From NCBI RefSeq assembly GCF_030684315.1, contig NC_081383.1:3701690-3765689 (forward strand): a stretch of 64,000 nucleotides of DNA. Direction: 5' to 3'. Numbering within the stretch: position 1 is the first letter of the stretch; each line of letters opens with the position of its first letter. The translations under genes were made by a program, and so were the position numbers. The DNA is from Stegostoma tigrinum (taxonomy: Eukaryota). Of the stretch, positions 1-13,300 are shown one piece after another. The notes beneath the pieces were generated by a model that was not told where the DNA came from, did not search any database, and saw nothing but the letters and a program-made list of their open reading frames with translations.

Positions 1-357
1 AATGAGTACAATCCCAGGATCCTTAGCCATTCATCATACGTTAAACCTACCATTCCAGGGTTCATCCGTGTGAATCTCCGCTGGACATGCTCCAGCGCCA
101 GTATGTCCTTCCTGAGGTGTGGGGCCTAAAATTCTAAATGGGGCCTGTTTTTACACCTCTGTTTTACTTTGCTCCTGGCTCCTCATACAACCCAGGTTTC
201 CATCCCTCGGCCATTGGTGACCATGTCTTCCGCTGTCTGGGCATCAGATCTAGAGATACCCCCTCCCCACTAAACACCCCCCCTTCCCCTTTTCCTCTTT
301 CCCTTTCAACTTAAAACTGATGACTTTGGCCTTCCTAAACTTTCCCAAAATCCGCAA

Positions 358-2168
358 GCCTGACAGCCCCAGCAGGCCCATTGTCTCTGCCTGCTCCTGC
401 CTTAATGAACTTATCTCCATTTACCTTGACTCTGTTTTCTCCCCCTGGTTCAGGAAACCCCCCACCAATGTCCAGGACATCACCCACGCCCTCTACATCC
501 TCCAAGACTTCCAATTCCCACTATGGACACCCAGTCCCTGTATACTTGCATCCCCCATGTCAATGGCCTAAAAGCCCTCTGCTTCTTCCTCTCCAGCAGG
601 CCCAACCAGCCCCCCTCCACTGAGACCCTCATCTGCTTTTAACTGAACTCGTCCTCACCCTCAACAAATTCCCCTTCAGCTCCTCCCACTTTGTACAGAC
701 AAAGGGGTTGGCCATGGCTACCTGCATGGGCCCAAGCTATGTCTGCCACTTTGTAGGGTACGTGGAACAGCCTCTTTTCCACTGTTACACTGGCCTTAAA
801 CCCCACATCGCTGACTGTATTGGCGCTGCCTCGTGCTCTCCTGAGTAGCTTGAACAATTCATCCACTTCACTAACACATTCCGCCCCAACCCCAAGTTCA
901 CCTGGGCCATCTCTGATACCTCTCTCTCCTTCCTGGACATCTCTATCTCCATCTCTAGTGACCACCTTGAAACTAACATCTATTTGAATCTGACTGACTC
1001 CCACAGCTACCTGGATATATCTCCTCTTACCCACCTTCCTGCAAGAATACGATCCCTCCGCCCACTCTCCTCCACCTCTGCCGTTTCTGGTCCCAAGATG
1101 GGGCATTCCACTCCCGAACATCCCAGATGTCCTCCTATCTCAAGGATTGCAATATCCCCCCTTTGGTGTTCAAAAACACCCTTGACCACATCTCTTGCGT
1201 TTCCCACACCTCTGCCCTCACCCCAACAAAAAGAAAGGCAGAATTCCCCTTGTCCTAAATTATCACCCCACCAACCTTCCCATCCAGTGTATCATTCTCC
1301 GCCAATTCCACCAATTACAACCCGACCCCACAACCAGAGAGATATTTCCCTCCCCACCTCTATCTGCCTTCCGTAGGGACTGCTCTCTCTGTGACTGCCT
1401 CATCTGCTCCATAGTCCCCACTAACCCCACCAACCCCGGCACCTTTCCCTGCAACCGCAGGAGGTGCTATACCTAACCCTTACACCTCCCCCCCTCACCC
1501 CCATCCGAGGCACCAAAAAAACTTTCCATATCAGACAGGCATTCACCTGCACATCTGTCAATGTGGTCTCCTGCATCCACTGCTCCCGATGTGGCCTCCT
1601 CCACATCAAGGAGATCAAGCGGAGGCTTGGAGACCATTTTGTGCTCTGTTTGCAACAAATGACAACACCTCCCAGTTACATGCAATTTTAACTCCCCCTC
1701 CCACCCCCTGGGTGATGCATCCATCCTGGTCTTCCTCCAGTGTCACAATGACACCATCTGCAAACTGGAGGAGCAGCACCTCATATTCCACCTCGGGAGT
1801 CTACGGCCTGATGGCCTAAATGTGGAATTCACCAGTTTGAAAATCTCCCCACCCCCGGCCTCATCCTATAACCAACCCTCCCTCTTATCCCAGCCTCCTC
1901 GACCTGACACAACCCATCCATCTTCTCTCCCAGCTATCTGCTCCACCCAACTCACTGACCAATTCCCCACCACTGCATACCCGCACTCAGCCATCACCAT
2001 CCCACCCACCCTCCCCAGCCCCACCCCTCCTCTCTATTTATTTCCCAGCTCCCTTCCCCCTCCCCCATTTCTGAAGAAGGGTCCTGACTGGAAATGTCAA
2101 CTTTCCTGCTCCTCTGATGCTGCTTGGCCTGCTGTGTTCATCCAGCTCCACATCTTGTTATCTTGGAC
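358..2168 (+). mobile_element. Penelope-like element (RT + GIY-YIG), degraded and 5'-truncated
   Basis: Frameshifted homology to the 31669-33381 element (QTKG.AM...MGPSY, RIPLVLNYHP, NVVSCIHCSRCG) and the same 3' tail. Confidence 0.9.
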
Positions 2169-5100
2169 CAATTGTTTTAGTCATTTGTCTCTGCATTTCC
2201 CATGTGGCTCAGTATCAAACATTGTTTGATCAAGTTCCCATGAATGGTTTGAGATGTTTAACTGAAGGCATGGTCACCAGTGGCCAAGGGATGGAAATCA
2301 GGGTTGCACAAAGAGTCAGGATTGGGGATGCCATGGGCTGGAGGAGATTACAGAGATTGCTTAGTGTTGTGAGATTTTAAATCATTGCCAGATATGTAGC
2401 TAATATGAGTCAATGAGCACAGTAGGTGATGGCTAAACAGGACTAAGAGTTCTTTCTACACCCACTGCCCCTGAGAAATATAGAATAACTGGGCACTTAA
2501 CGGTGTAAGATAACAAAGTGAGTAAGTCTGATGGTGCTGATTTGCAAACTGGTGCGTATGAAGCTAGTGATTGATCATCTCCTGCTCTTGCAGATAAATG
2601 CTGGCTGAAAGTACAGGCCCAGATTGGCATTTCACTTGTCCTAAGAGCAGCACCTTACACCCAAACACTGAACACAATGAGAGGCCATTCGGCCCACTGG
2701 TTCTGTGGTACATGATCCTCCTCTCACCTCTCTACATCACACCCTCTGACTTTATCATAGAACACCTAGAGTGTGGAAACAGGGCCTTTAATTTAACATA
2801 GCCAATCGACCTAGCCTGCACATCTTTGGACTGTAGGAGGAAACCAGAGCATCCAGAGGAAACCCACGCAGACACAGGGAGAACGTGCAAACTCTGCGCA
2901 GTCGCCCGAGGTTGGAATCGAACCCGGGACCCTGGCGCTGTGAGGCAGCAGTGCTAACCCCTGAGCCACCTTCCCTCAGCCAGCTTGCCCTGAGATGTAT
3001 CGATCCTATTGTTTGCAGGCACTCCCTGTGGTAATGAGTTCCCCATTCTCACTCATTTCTAGGTTAAAGGTTTTCGCTCTGAATTACTGAACTTTTTTAT
3101 AGTATTCAGAAATGCCCCCACACACAACTGAACAGTTATACCAAATCACCCATTGTGTGTTTTCTAGCTCATTAGTTTACACACAATGCTCATTAAACAT
3201 AGAACATAGAAAGAAAGCAGAGTGGTGTAACTAGAGCACACTGGGCCATTAACTCAGAGTTCGAGTGATTGAGATCATCCTCTGTTATTTACATTACGAA
3301 GCAGTTAAAGGGGGAGCCACGGTGGCTCAGTGATTAGCACTGCTGCCTCACAGCATCAGGGACCCGGGTTCAATTCCACCCTCAGGTGACTGTCTGTGTG
3401 GAGTTTGTACATTCTCCCCATGTTTGCATGGGTTTGCACCCATAGTCCAGAGATGTACAGGCTAGGTTGGTCTGTAGGGGGCAGGCTGCGTGTTCTGTCA
3501 GATTGAACTGGGACCTTCCCCAAGATTCTGTACACTGCTGCCACCTCCAGCTCACATTGTGCAGGTGCTCCTGCTTTTTCTTGAGGAACAAACAACAATC
3601 AAAGTGGATTCGGGGTAATTCCGAAAGATATTCCCACTGACAATGCTCCAATGTCCCCAGCAATAGATTGTCCTGATGCACCATTTATTTGCTCTGAACA
3701 AAGAGTCAGGTAAACGGAATGGTGATGGGTTACTGTCCTTAAACCTGCTCAAATGTCTCGCTGGTCAATATCAACTCTGGGGACCATTATTGGCAGTAAA
3801 TCAGTGGGTCATTGATCCGTCTCAGTAGAGGTTCTGGAATTCAGTCCATTCTCAGATTGGAGTGTATAATCCACACTCTGTAGCCAAAGGAATGGCCTTT
3901 CAGATAGAAAAAGAGGCTTGCATTTATAATGGTTTTCACAATCAAAAGTTGTGTCAAGATACTTTATCAGACAGTGAAAATTTATTTTCAGGTGTACAGA
4001 CGTGGTGATCGCCTAGTGCTGTTATCATGGGACTAGTAATCCAGAGACGTTGGGAAATGATGGAACTTGAATTCAATATTTTTTTTTAAATCTGGAATTA
4101 AGATGCCGTTGAGACCCAGGGTAGGGGAATCTCAAAACTAGAGGGGCATAAATTTAAGGAGAGGGGAAAGATTTAAAAGGGACCTAAGGGGCAACTTTTT
4201 CACACAGAGGGTGGTGCGTGTATGGAATGAGGAAGTAGTGGAGGCCGGTACAATCACATTTGAAAGGCATCTGGATGGGTATATGAATAGTAAAGGTTGA
4301 GAAGGATATGGGTCAAATGCAAACAGATGAGACTAGTTCAGTTTAGGACACCTGGTCAGCATGGATGAGTTGGGCTGAACGGCCTATTTTAATGCTGCAT
4401 GACTCTGCAACCTATTGTTGCAGAAAGACCCCTCTGGTTCATTAGTGTCCTTTTGGGAGAAGAGCGGGGGTTACCTTATCCAGTCTGGCCTACATGTGAC
4501 TCCAGAGCCACAGTGATATGGTTGAAAATTAACAGCCCTCTTGTGACAATCAGGAATGGGCAATAGTGATGCCCACGTGGCACGGATGAGTTTTTAAAAA
4601 GTCATTGTTGTAGCAAACACAAAAGCCAGATTTCACACACTTCAATGACACAGTGCACAGCAGGATCTCACAAACAGCAACTGGATCCGTGACCCGGTCA
4701 TTCAGTTTAATTGTGATTGGCATAGCGGTCAGGACATGAATCAATTATTTCACACAGGAAGATCCCACAAGCATCAGCACAATGACATTTGCTTCTGCAA
4801 TGTTTGTCGAGGGATAAGTATTGTCCAGGACTCTTCAAAAGATTCCCATGGGACCTCTTACATCCCCCCAAGAGAGTGCCCGGGGGCTTCTGATTGCTGC
4901 CTCACCTGAGGGACAGTGCCACTGAGAGTGAGACACTCCCTCAGTACTGCACTGCAGCGTCAGCCTTGTGCTTTGTGCTCAGATCTTGGAGAAGGTGTTG
5001 AACACAGAACGTTGTGTTTCAGAGGTGATGTGAGGTGTTACACTGAGATCTTGTTTGCCTCTCAGGAGAAGGAAAAGATTCCCAAAGCTGCTGTTGTGTA

Positions 5101-5539
5101 AAAACCATTAATTGATTCTGCTCCTTTTTTTTATCTGTTTGGTGTTTGTGGGATCCTACTGCACACAAACCCAGCGCTGGGTTTTCAATCTCACTACACA
5201 GGGAGTATGCTTCGCAAAACACTTCATTGCCTGTATGGCATTTCAGGATACACTGAGGATGTGAAAGATGCAATGAAATTGCAAATTTTTTCCTACATTT
5301 GTGCATGAATCTGACACACCAATTTACTGTTAGCTCCAAAGAGAGTAAATCTAGGGGTCAAGGAGGTCAATGAAGGCAGGAGGCAGGATGCAAATTAACT
5401 CTCCTCCAACCTCTGACCTCGCAGGTTTCCTGAGACACTTTTCTAAAGCAGCAAGAGGCCTGGGTTGATGGGCAGGAATGAATTTGACTCTAGACATATT
5501 TGTGTGAAATGGAGGGGGCCATTGGTGATGGGGAGAACT

Positions 5540-6450
5540 GAGGCCATAATTATTTGCAATATCTGTGATTGACTTGGATGAAAAAAGAGAACGTTCTATA
5601 AGCAGGTTTGCAGATGATACAAAAGTAGGTGATAAGGGAATGACACAGAGAGCCTGCAGAGGGATATAGACAGGTTATGTGAGTGGGTATAAATGCGATA
5701 GATGGAATATAACTTGAGGAAATGTGAGACTATGCATTTTTGTCGAGAAGAGTAGAGGAGCTAAATGTTATTTAAATGGAGAAAGTCTCCAGAAAGCTCC
5801 AGCACAGACAGCTTTGGGAATCATCTTCATTAAATCACAAAATACTAGCATCTACATTCAGTGGGTACTAGAAAAGGCAAAGGGAACAGAATGTAAAAGT
5901 TGGGAGGTTTGCTAAAACTGTATTAGGCACTAGTCAGGCATTAGGCACTTATCCAATAAAAGATAGACAGGTATTGGAGGCAGTTCAGAGAAGGCTCACT
6001 AGGCAGATACCAGGTAGGGATAAGGGCTGTCATATGAGGGGAGACCGAGTAGTTTGATCCTCAACTTATTGAAAATAGAGAAGGATGGGAAATGCCTTTC
6101 TTGAAACATACAAGATTCCTAGGGGGCTTGACAGGGTAGATGCAGAAATGTTGGCTCCCCTTGTGGGAGAGTCTAGGGCCAGAGGACAGCATCTCTGAGT
6201 AAGGGGTCACACATTTAAGACAGTGGTGAGATGTTGAATCTGTGAAATTCTTTACTGCAGAGGGCTGTCCATGCTGAGCTGTTAAACATGTTTAATGTCG
6301 AGATAGACAGGTTTTTCATCAGTAAGGCACCAAGGGGGAAAAGACAGGGAAGTGGACTTGAGAATTCGCAGAGCAGCCATGATCGCATTGAATGGTGGAG
6401 CAGACTCAATGGGCTGAATGGCCTATTTCTGCTCCTATGTCACATGCTCT
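5540..6450 (+). mobile_element. CR1 LINE 3' fragment
   Basis: ggtttgcagatgatacaaa (FADDT) through the gggctgaatggcct tail. Confidence 0.85.
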
Positions 6451-7257
6451 TACGAAGTCAGTGGGTTCAGTCTGCAGCAGGAAGTGACGGATACCAGAGT
6501 AAGGCTGGAGGACACTATCAGGGACAATTACGATGTCACGCCCATCCTCCTCCTCTCCCCACCCAACCCCCCCCCCCTCAAAACATGCCCATGCGAGTTT
6601 GGGGACATCCTGGGAAAGATTCTACAAGGAGAGAGATGGAGGGAGTGGAACAGTGGAGAGACACAGCTCGGGATACCTGCGGCAATCTCAACTAAAAGCA
6701 ACTCAATTCCACGTAAACATTCTCATCGGGCACTCAGCCCCTGGTGCTTGAGGACAGTTAGTTGCCAGCCGTGCTTTAGATAGAACTCACTGTTGTTGTT
6801 CAGTAACTATTCCCTGGCAGTGAGAGAGCTCCAGCTTGTCAGTGTTCACAGGTCAGTGGGTTTAACTTTGTCTCGTGTGCATATTCAATTGGCCAGCTCT
6901 TTGGCCACGGTCCCACCCTACCAGCCAGAATGAAGACGTCAGCAACATGGAATGGCACCTTCTGTGGAGATTTCGAACCTCGCCCAGAGACGGCACGCCG
7001 GCTCTACCTGTTTATTCCAACAATGCTCTATTTGGCAAATTGGCTCATCATGGTAAACCTTACAACCCAGAGGGGCAGTGCGCTGAGTCGAGACACCTTG
7101 ATGAGAGGGTGCAGTGGTAGATTTAGTTTGAACATCTGAACAATAAACAGCATTAGGTCATTCAACCTCTTGAACCTGCAGTACGAGTCAATAGGACCAT
7201 GAGTGACCAGATTGGAACTTCAGATTCATATTTCCGTGTATCCCTAGTCACCTTTCA

Positions 7258-7520
7258 GTGCTTTGCTCTGTATCTAACCCCATGCTATCCCTGAGCTGGG
7301 AGTATTTGATAGTGTGGAGGAAGCTTTGCTCTCTATCTAACCCTGTGCTGTCCCTGTCCTGGGATTGTTTCATGGGGGAAGGACACTGTAAAGAAAGCTT
7401 TACTCTGTATCAAATCCCATGCTATTCCTGTCTGGGAGTGTCTGATGGGGACAGTGTAGAGAGAAGTTTACTCAGCATCTAACCCAATGCTGTCCCTGCC
7501 CTGGGGTTGTTTGCTGGGGA
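7258..7520. repeat. degenerate minisatellite, about 4 units of 63-74 bp
   Basis: Unit resembles ctttactctgtatctaacccngtgctgtccctgtcctgggagtgtttgatggggacagtgtagag. Confidence 0.85.
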
Positions 7521-10158
7521 TTTGGAATATCAGAGATGTGAAACACTGTGACTGCTACAATGTGTATTTTTCATTGTGATTATTGAGCAGTTTTTCAGGG
7601 AGAAGGTGAGAAGTGACTGGAAATGTATCTGGGATGTTTTGAACCATGAATGTAGCAGTCAGATATTTATAATTTGTTTTTAATAGTTTGAGCCAATGGC
7701 AGTTCTAGAGGCTAGTTTCAGTTTCCAAGTAAGGGTTCACAGTTACTAATAGAATCCTGTAACAGGCGCCTGGGACTATTTTGATACCAGTCTAACACTG
7801 CACTGTCATCTGTGTTTATTTCATTCAAGGTTCAGATTTCTGGGAACTCTTCATGGCTGTGTCTGGGTGCGTTGGCTGTTTTAGAATTGGATCATTTCCC
7901 GGAGCTGGACTGTCGTCAACACTGAATCCTGAAGCTTTCTTTAACGATTCCTTCAGAGAAAGCAGCCAGATTCCAAATTACATTGCAGGGGGTTTGGGGA
8001 GCCATTCAGTCTCCCGGTCAGTGGTGCGTCCAGGCAGTGGCAGCCCTGTCCCTCTCTCCTGAAGCGCTGGCTCTGGCGGGGGCGAAACACCCCAAACGGA
8101 GGTGTCTGATCCTCAACATCATCAAATCTCTGTGTACAGCACGCGCTATCACAGTGTGTTAGAGTGCAAAAGGAAGCCATTCAGCCCACCAAGATTTCAC
8201 CAAATCCTTGAAGACTATTCCACCCAGACCCATTCCCCTTACCCCACCCCCATTACTTTCACAGGGTTTTTTTTTAAACACCAAGGCTAACCCACCCAAG
8301 CCTGCACATCCGTGGACACTATGGAACAATTTAGCATGGCCAATCCACCCGAGCCTGCACATCTTTGGAGTGTGGGAGGAAACCCACGCAGACACAGGGA
8401 GAATGTGCAAACTCCACACAGACAGTCTCCCCAGGGTGGAATCGTACCTGGGTCCCATGTGCTAACCACTACGCTACCATACTACCCTATCCCCGGAGTC
8501 AGTCTGGTAATTGCACTTGATCCAAACAGAATGTTAGCTGCGGGGGGGAGCTGTCCCTTCAAAACAGGAAATCATTTCATCTGTCTCCCAACTTCTGCTG
8601 GGGACCAGTCCATTGCAGTGCCCCCTCCTCAGCTCAGTCTGTGGGTGCTTCAGGAATGGCGTCCTGGGTGAGACAGCAGATAGGCACTCTCAAACCTTCA
8701 GGTCAGAGACAGAGGAATGGCCAACAGATAGGACATATCCTCCATCTACAACCTTCAAAACTCTATCCCAGAGTCTGCTGTTCAATCGAATGGGAACTAG
8801 TGGTGGAGCAGTTTGGGTGAGCGAGTCCACTGAGGGTGGGGAGGGGCGGCGGTGGTTGGGATGGGGGCCTATGAAACAGACCAGTGACAGGATTTGGGGG
8901 AAGACAGGAGGAGAGGGAGGCCTGTTAGCAGTGGCTGGGAGAACCCTCCTCCTCCTGTTTTTGAGGCAACTCTAATCCTTTACTCAAACTTCCTGAGGCC
9001 TCCTGCCAAACCCAATGTGGGAGCAAGAAAAATCCCCCAGAGCCTGTTTGCATTGGCCCCTCACTGGTCCCACAATCACAAATACTATGCAATTTGATGG
9101 TGTGGGAGCTGCGCATCGAGGGGGGAGGGTGGGAAGGGTAGGGAGGAACATGGCTGCACCCCTCTGATTTTTCTACATCTGAGCATTCCCAGCTAATGTT
9201 AGAGAGCTCTGGGCTGTAGATTCCAGACTGGAGGTTCAGGATTCACGTGTTCCAGATTGTCAGAGGGCACTGGTCTCCTAGTCAGGTCCTGGCTGATCTG
9301 CACCGTGGCTCTCAGTCCCATCTCCCTAAATATTTCCTCCCCTGCCTAAATATTAAAAAGTATTGCATTGGTCATAGAGCCCTTCAGGACATCCTGAGAT
9401 GATGAAAGTGTGTGCCAGAGAAATATAAGTGTTTCTTCTCTCATTAGGACCAAGAGATGGATGCCCAGACAGGATTCATTTTCTTATGAACACAGAATCG
9501 GCAACAAATTTAAGAACACTGTCTTTTTAAAAAATATTTCCATAGAGATCTTGGAATTATAAACATTATTTCAACAACCATAGTTTGCACTTATATAGTG
9601 CCTTTAATGCAGCAACCAACCTAAGGTGTTTCACAGGAAGCATTACAGAACACATGAGCCATGTCAGGTGACCAGGAGCTCAGTCAATGGCCAAGGTATT
9701 CAGGAGCATCTTAAAGGTGGGGGGGGGGGTTGGAGACAGAGGGGTGAAAGGTTTAGGAATGGAACTCCAAAGGCTAACAACTCAGCAGCTGAATGCATAG
9801 CACCAAGAATGCAGGGACTAAAACCAGGAATATGCAAGAGCACAGGATTGGGAAATGGGTTTGAGGGTGAGACAGTTCAGAGGGTAATAAAACAGAAAAG
9901 GGATAGGCCATGTAATAATGGAAAAACAACGATGCAAACTTTTCACATTGACACCATGAACTGGGAACCAGGATACATCACTGAAGCAGAAATTTGAATT
10001 TGTACAGTATATTGGTCCTTTTGAAAGTTTCAGTGTGGTATTTCAACAGCTCAACTGGTTATTTTTCAGCATTTTGGGACTGAAGTGGATAATCTGCACC
10101 GTAGCCACCTGACCCATGGCCACCACCCTGAACTCCCGAGGGCCACAGTGCAAAAGCT

Positions 10159-10349
10159 TCAGCAAGGACTCGACTGTGGGGAGTCATTCGGTGGGTTTTT
10201 TGAAGATCTGTTCTTGGATGTCAAAGGTTTCCCTTGTATCAGATCCTTGAAGAGCCGTTTACGAGTTAAATAAAGTAAAACTCCAATCCCCAGAAAGCTT
10301 GCTAGAGGGACAGAGAGACCGAGAATGACACCTCTCTGGTCCGGCTTCA
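10159..10349 (-). CDS. VCAM-like exon 8, transmembrane helix and cytoplasmic tail
   Basis: ttacag| acceptor in phase 1; LKPDQR-GVILGLSVPLASFLGIGVLLYL-TRKRLFK...SSPC*: hydrophobic helix followed by a basic stop-transfer cluster. Confidence 0.85.
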
Positions 10350-13300
10350 CTGTAACGCAAACAGAAAGGATTAATTTACCAAATGCCACAGTGTAACTGG
10401 AAAATCATTTCATAACTCACTCGCAAAAGGAGTTCTGCAGAGAGCTTATCCACCTGAAAAGGCAGAGAGTTGGGATAAAAGGCTCTTTTTCGGAATGGCA
10501 ACTGGTGACGAGCGGTGTCCCACAGGGTTCAGTGTTGGGGCTGCAGCTGCTCACTTTATATATTAATGACCTGAATGAAGGGACTGGGGGCATTCTGGTA
10601 AAGTTTGCTGATGATACAAAGATAGGTGGATGGGCAGGTAGTACTGAAGAGGTGGGGAAGCGGCTGAGAGATTTAGACAGTTTAGGAAAGTGGTCCAGGA
10701 AATGGCTGAAGAAATTCAATGTGAGTAAATGTGAGGTTTTGCACTTTGGAAAAAAGAATACAGGCATGGACTATTTTCTAAATGGTGAGAAAATTCACAA
10801 AACAGAGGTGCAAAGGGATCTGGGAGTGTTGGTCCAGGATTCTCTAAAGGTTAACTTTCAGGTAGAGTCCGTGATTAAAAAAGCGAATGTAATGTTGTCA
10901 TTTATCTCAAGAGGGTTGGAATATAAAAGCAGCGATGTGCTTCTGAGGCTTTATAAAGCTTTAGTTAGGCCCCATTTAGAATACTGTGTCCAATTTTGGG
11001 CCCCACACCTCAGGAAAGACATACTAGCCCTGGAGCGTGTCCAGCGGAGATTCACATGGATGATCCCTGGAATGGTAGGTTTAACGTATGATGAACGGCT
11101 AAGGATCCTGGGATTGTACTCATTAGAGTTTAGAAGGTTGAGGGGAGATCTAATAGAAACTTACAAGATAATGTATGGCATAGAAAGGGTGGACCCTGGA
11201 AAGTTGTTTCTGTTAGGTGGGGAGACTAGGACCCATGGGCACAGCCTTAAAATTAGAGGGGGTAAATTTAAACGGAAATGAGGAGACATTTCTTCAGCCA
11301 GAGAGTGGTGGGCCTGTGGAATTCATTGCCACGGAGTGCAGTAGAGGCCAGGATGTTAGATGTCTTCAAGGCAGAGATTGATAAATTCGTGATCTCACAA
11401 GGAATCAAGGGCTACAGGGAGAGTGCAGGGAAGTGGTATTGAAATGGCCATCAGCCATGATTAAATGGTGGAGTGGACTTGATGGGCGGAATGGCCTTAC
11501 TCCCACTCCTATGTCTTATGGTCTTACTTGATACATTAATTGTATTTCCTAATCTACAAATGCTGACTGTGAAGAATTTCCAGTGTTTCTTTCAGATTTC
11601 CACCATCTTTCTGGATCCGAAATGCATGAGAAACAATTCAACGTTATCTCCAGCTGCATTAGCAGGCCACACTTTGGAAATATTTTGTTGGGATGTTGTA
11701 AGGATGTGATGGACACCAGCAAAACGCAAGTTCTCTTCTCTTACTTTGTATCTTTTCCCTCAAGAGCTAGCCATATAGGGAACTTTCCAGATCTCTCTCA
11801 CTGCTCTTTCGTCTCTCTCTAATCCCTACTGACATTGTGATCCAGTGTATTCATACAATCCCTGCTGTGCAGAAAGAGGCCATTTGGCCCATCAAGACCA
11901 TACAGACGATCTGAAGAGCAGCCCACCCAGACCACAAACCCTGCATTTCTCACGGGTGATCCACTCAACCAGCATATCCCGGGACACTATGGGTTAATTT
12001 CTCGTGGATAATCCACCCTAACCTAACATCTTTGGACTGGTGCGAGGGGCGGGGAGGGGGGGGGGAGCTGGTGGGACAGAGCACTTGGAGGAAACACGCA
12101 CAGACAACAAATTCCACACAGTCGCCCGAAGCTGGAATCAATCCCAGGTCTCTGGCACTGAGAATCAGCAGGTGCTAACTTCTGAGCCATCGCAACCTAT
12201 AGACGGATTGTTTTCCCAAAGTGTTTAAAACTGTAAATGATCCCCCTCGCCACAGCCACCCATCACAGTCCACAGACCCACCAACAAACAAGATGCATGC
12301 AAAGGCCACTTGGCCCCTCAAGCCTGCTCTCCCATTTAATAAGATCTCGGCTGATCTGATTTTAACATCAAATCTACATTCCTGATAACTGTAAAACCCT
12401 GCCTTCACATCTGTTGATCTTAAATGATTTACTAACCTGAACCGATCTCCTACTCTGTGACCCAGCTGACTTTATTACACCCAAGATCTCATCCACCATT
12501 CGATTCTTATTGGCTATCTTGAAAGAAGTAATTACAATATAATTTTAAAAAGTGTACGAAAGACAAGTCTTCAGTCTCGTTTCACCCAGTCTCATTGATC
12601 AGCCATGATCATATTGATTTAGATTTTTATTACCACTCAAGTACAGGAGTGAAAAGTGTTGCCACAAACTGCAACATCTTTGGTACAGCCACTTAAGGTA
12701 AAAAAAACACAGGTACAAAGTAGTAAAAGTAGTAAACGAAACGGGTCAAAGGGATCTGTTCAGTTATCGGACCCTCCTCGTGCCTCAAATGCACGTAAAT
12801 ATAGTCTGGCTCAAGCTAGAGATGCCTTGGGTTTGTTGGGATAGGGTCAAATGCCACGGTTTGTGTAAAACCAAAAGAACTGCGGATGCTGTAAATCAAG
12901 AACAAAACAGAAGTTGCTGGAAATGCTCAGCAGGTCTGGCAGCATCTGTGAATGAGAAAACAAAGTTAATGTTTCTGCTCTGGTGGCCGTTCCCTGAGGC
13001 CGGAAGGTTAACTCTGTTTTTGCCTTCACAAATGCTGCCAGACATGTTGAGCCTTTCCAGCAACTTCTGTTTTTGTGCTATTCGTTTGTTTGTTTCCTTG
13101 ATATGCTGCAGTGCAGAACTAAACTGTGTTTGTGAATAGATATATGAAAAGCACATTTTTGAAATAAAAAACAAAGTTAATAAAATTAAGGCAAAGTAGA
13201 AGAATAAAGAATTAAGGGCTGAATGGCCTACCCCTGTTCGTATGTCTCAGCGGAATAACATTCAAAAGGAAACTGTATAAATATCCGAAAAGATAAATAT

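Noticed and set aside
3316-3380. tRNA genes at V-SINE 5' ends
   Set aside because: The A/B boxes continue into the SINE V domain and CR1 tail; no complete cloverleaf
3480-3760. Overlapping short ORFs and a kB-like GGGGTAATTCC
   Set aside because: No recognisable protein, no convincing splice pair, and a single motif is not enough
7258-7520. CRISPR-like array
   Set aside because: Eukaryotic context; units are degenerate tandem repeats without unique spacers
10505-11281. 258-aa ORF as a host gene
   Set aside because: It is the RT C-terminus of a 5'-truncated CR1 LINE
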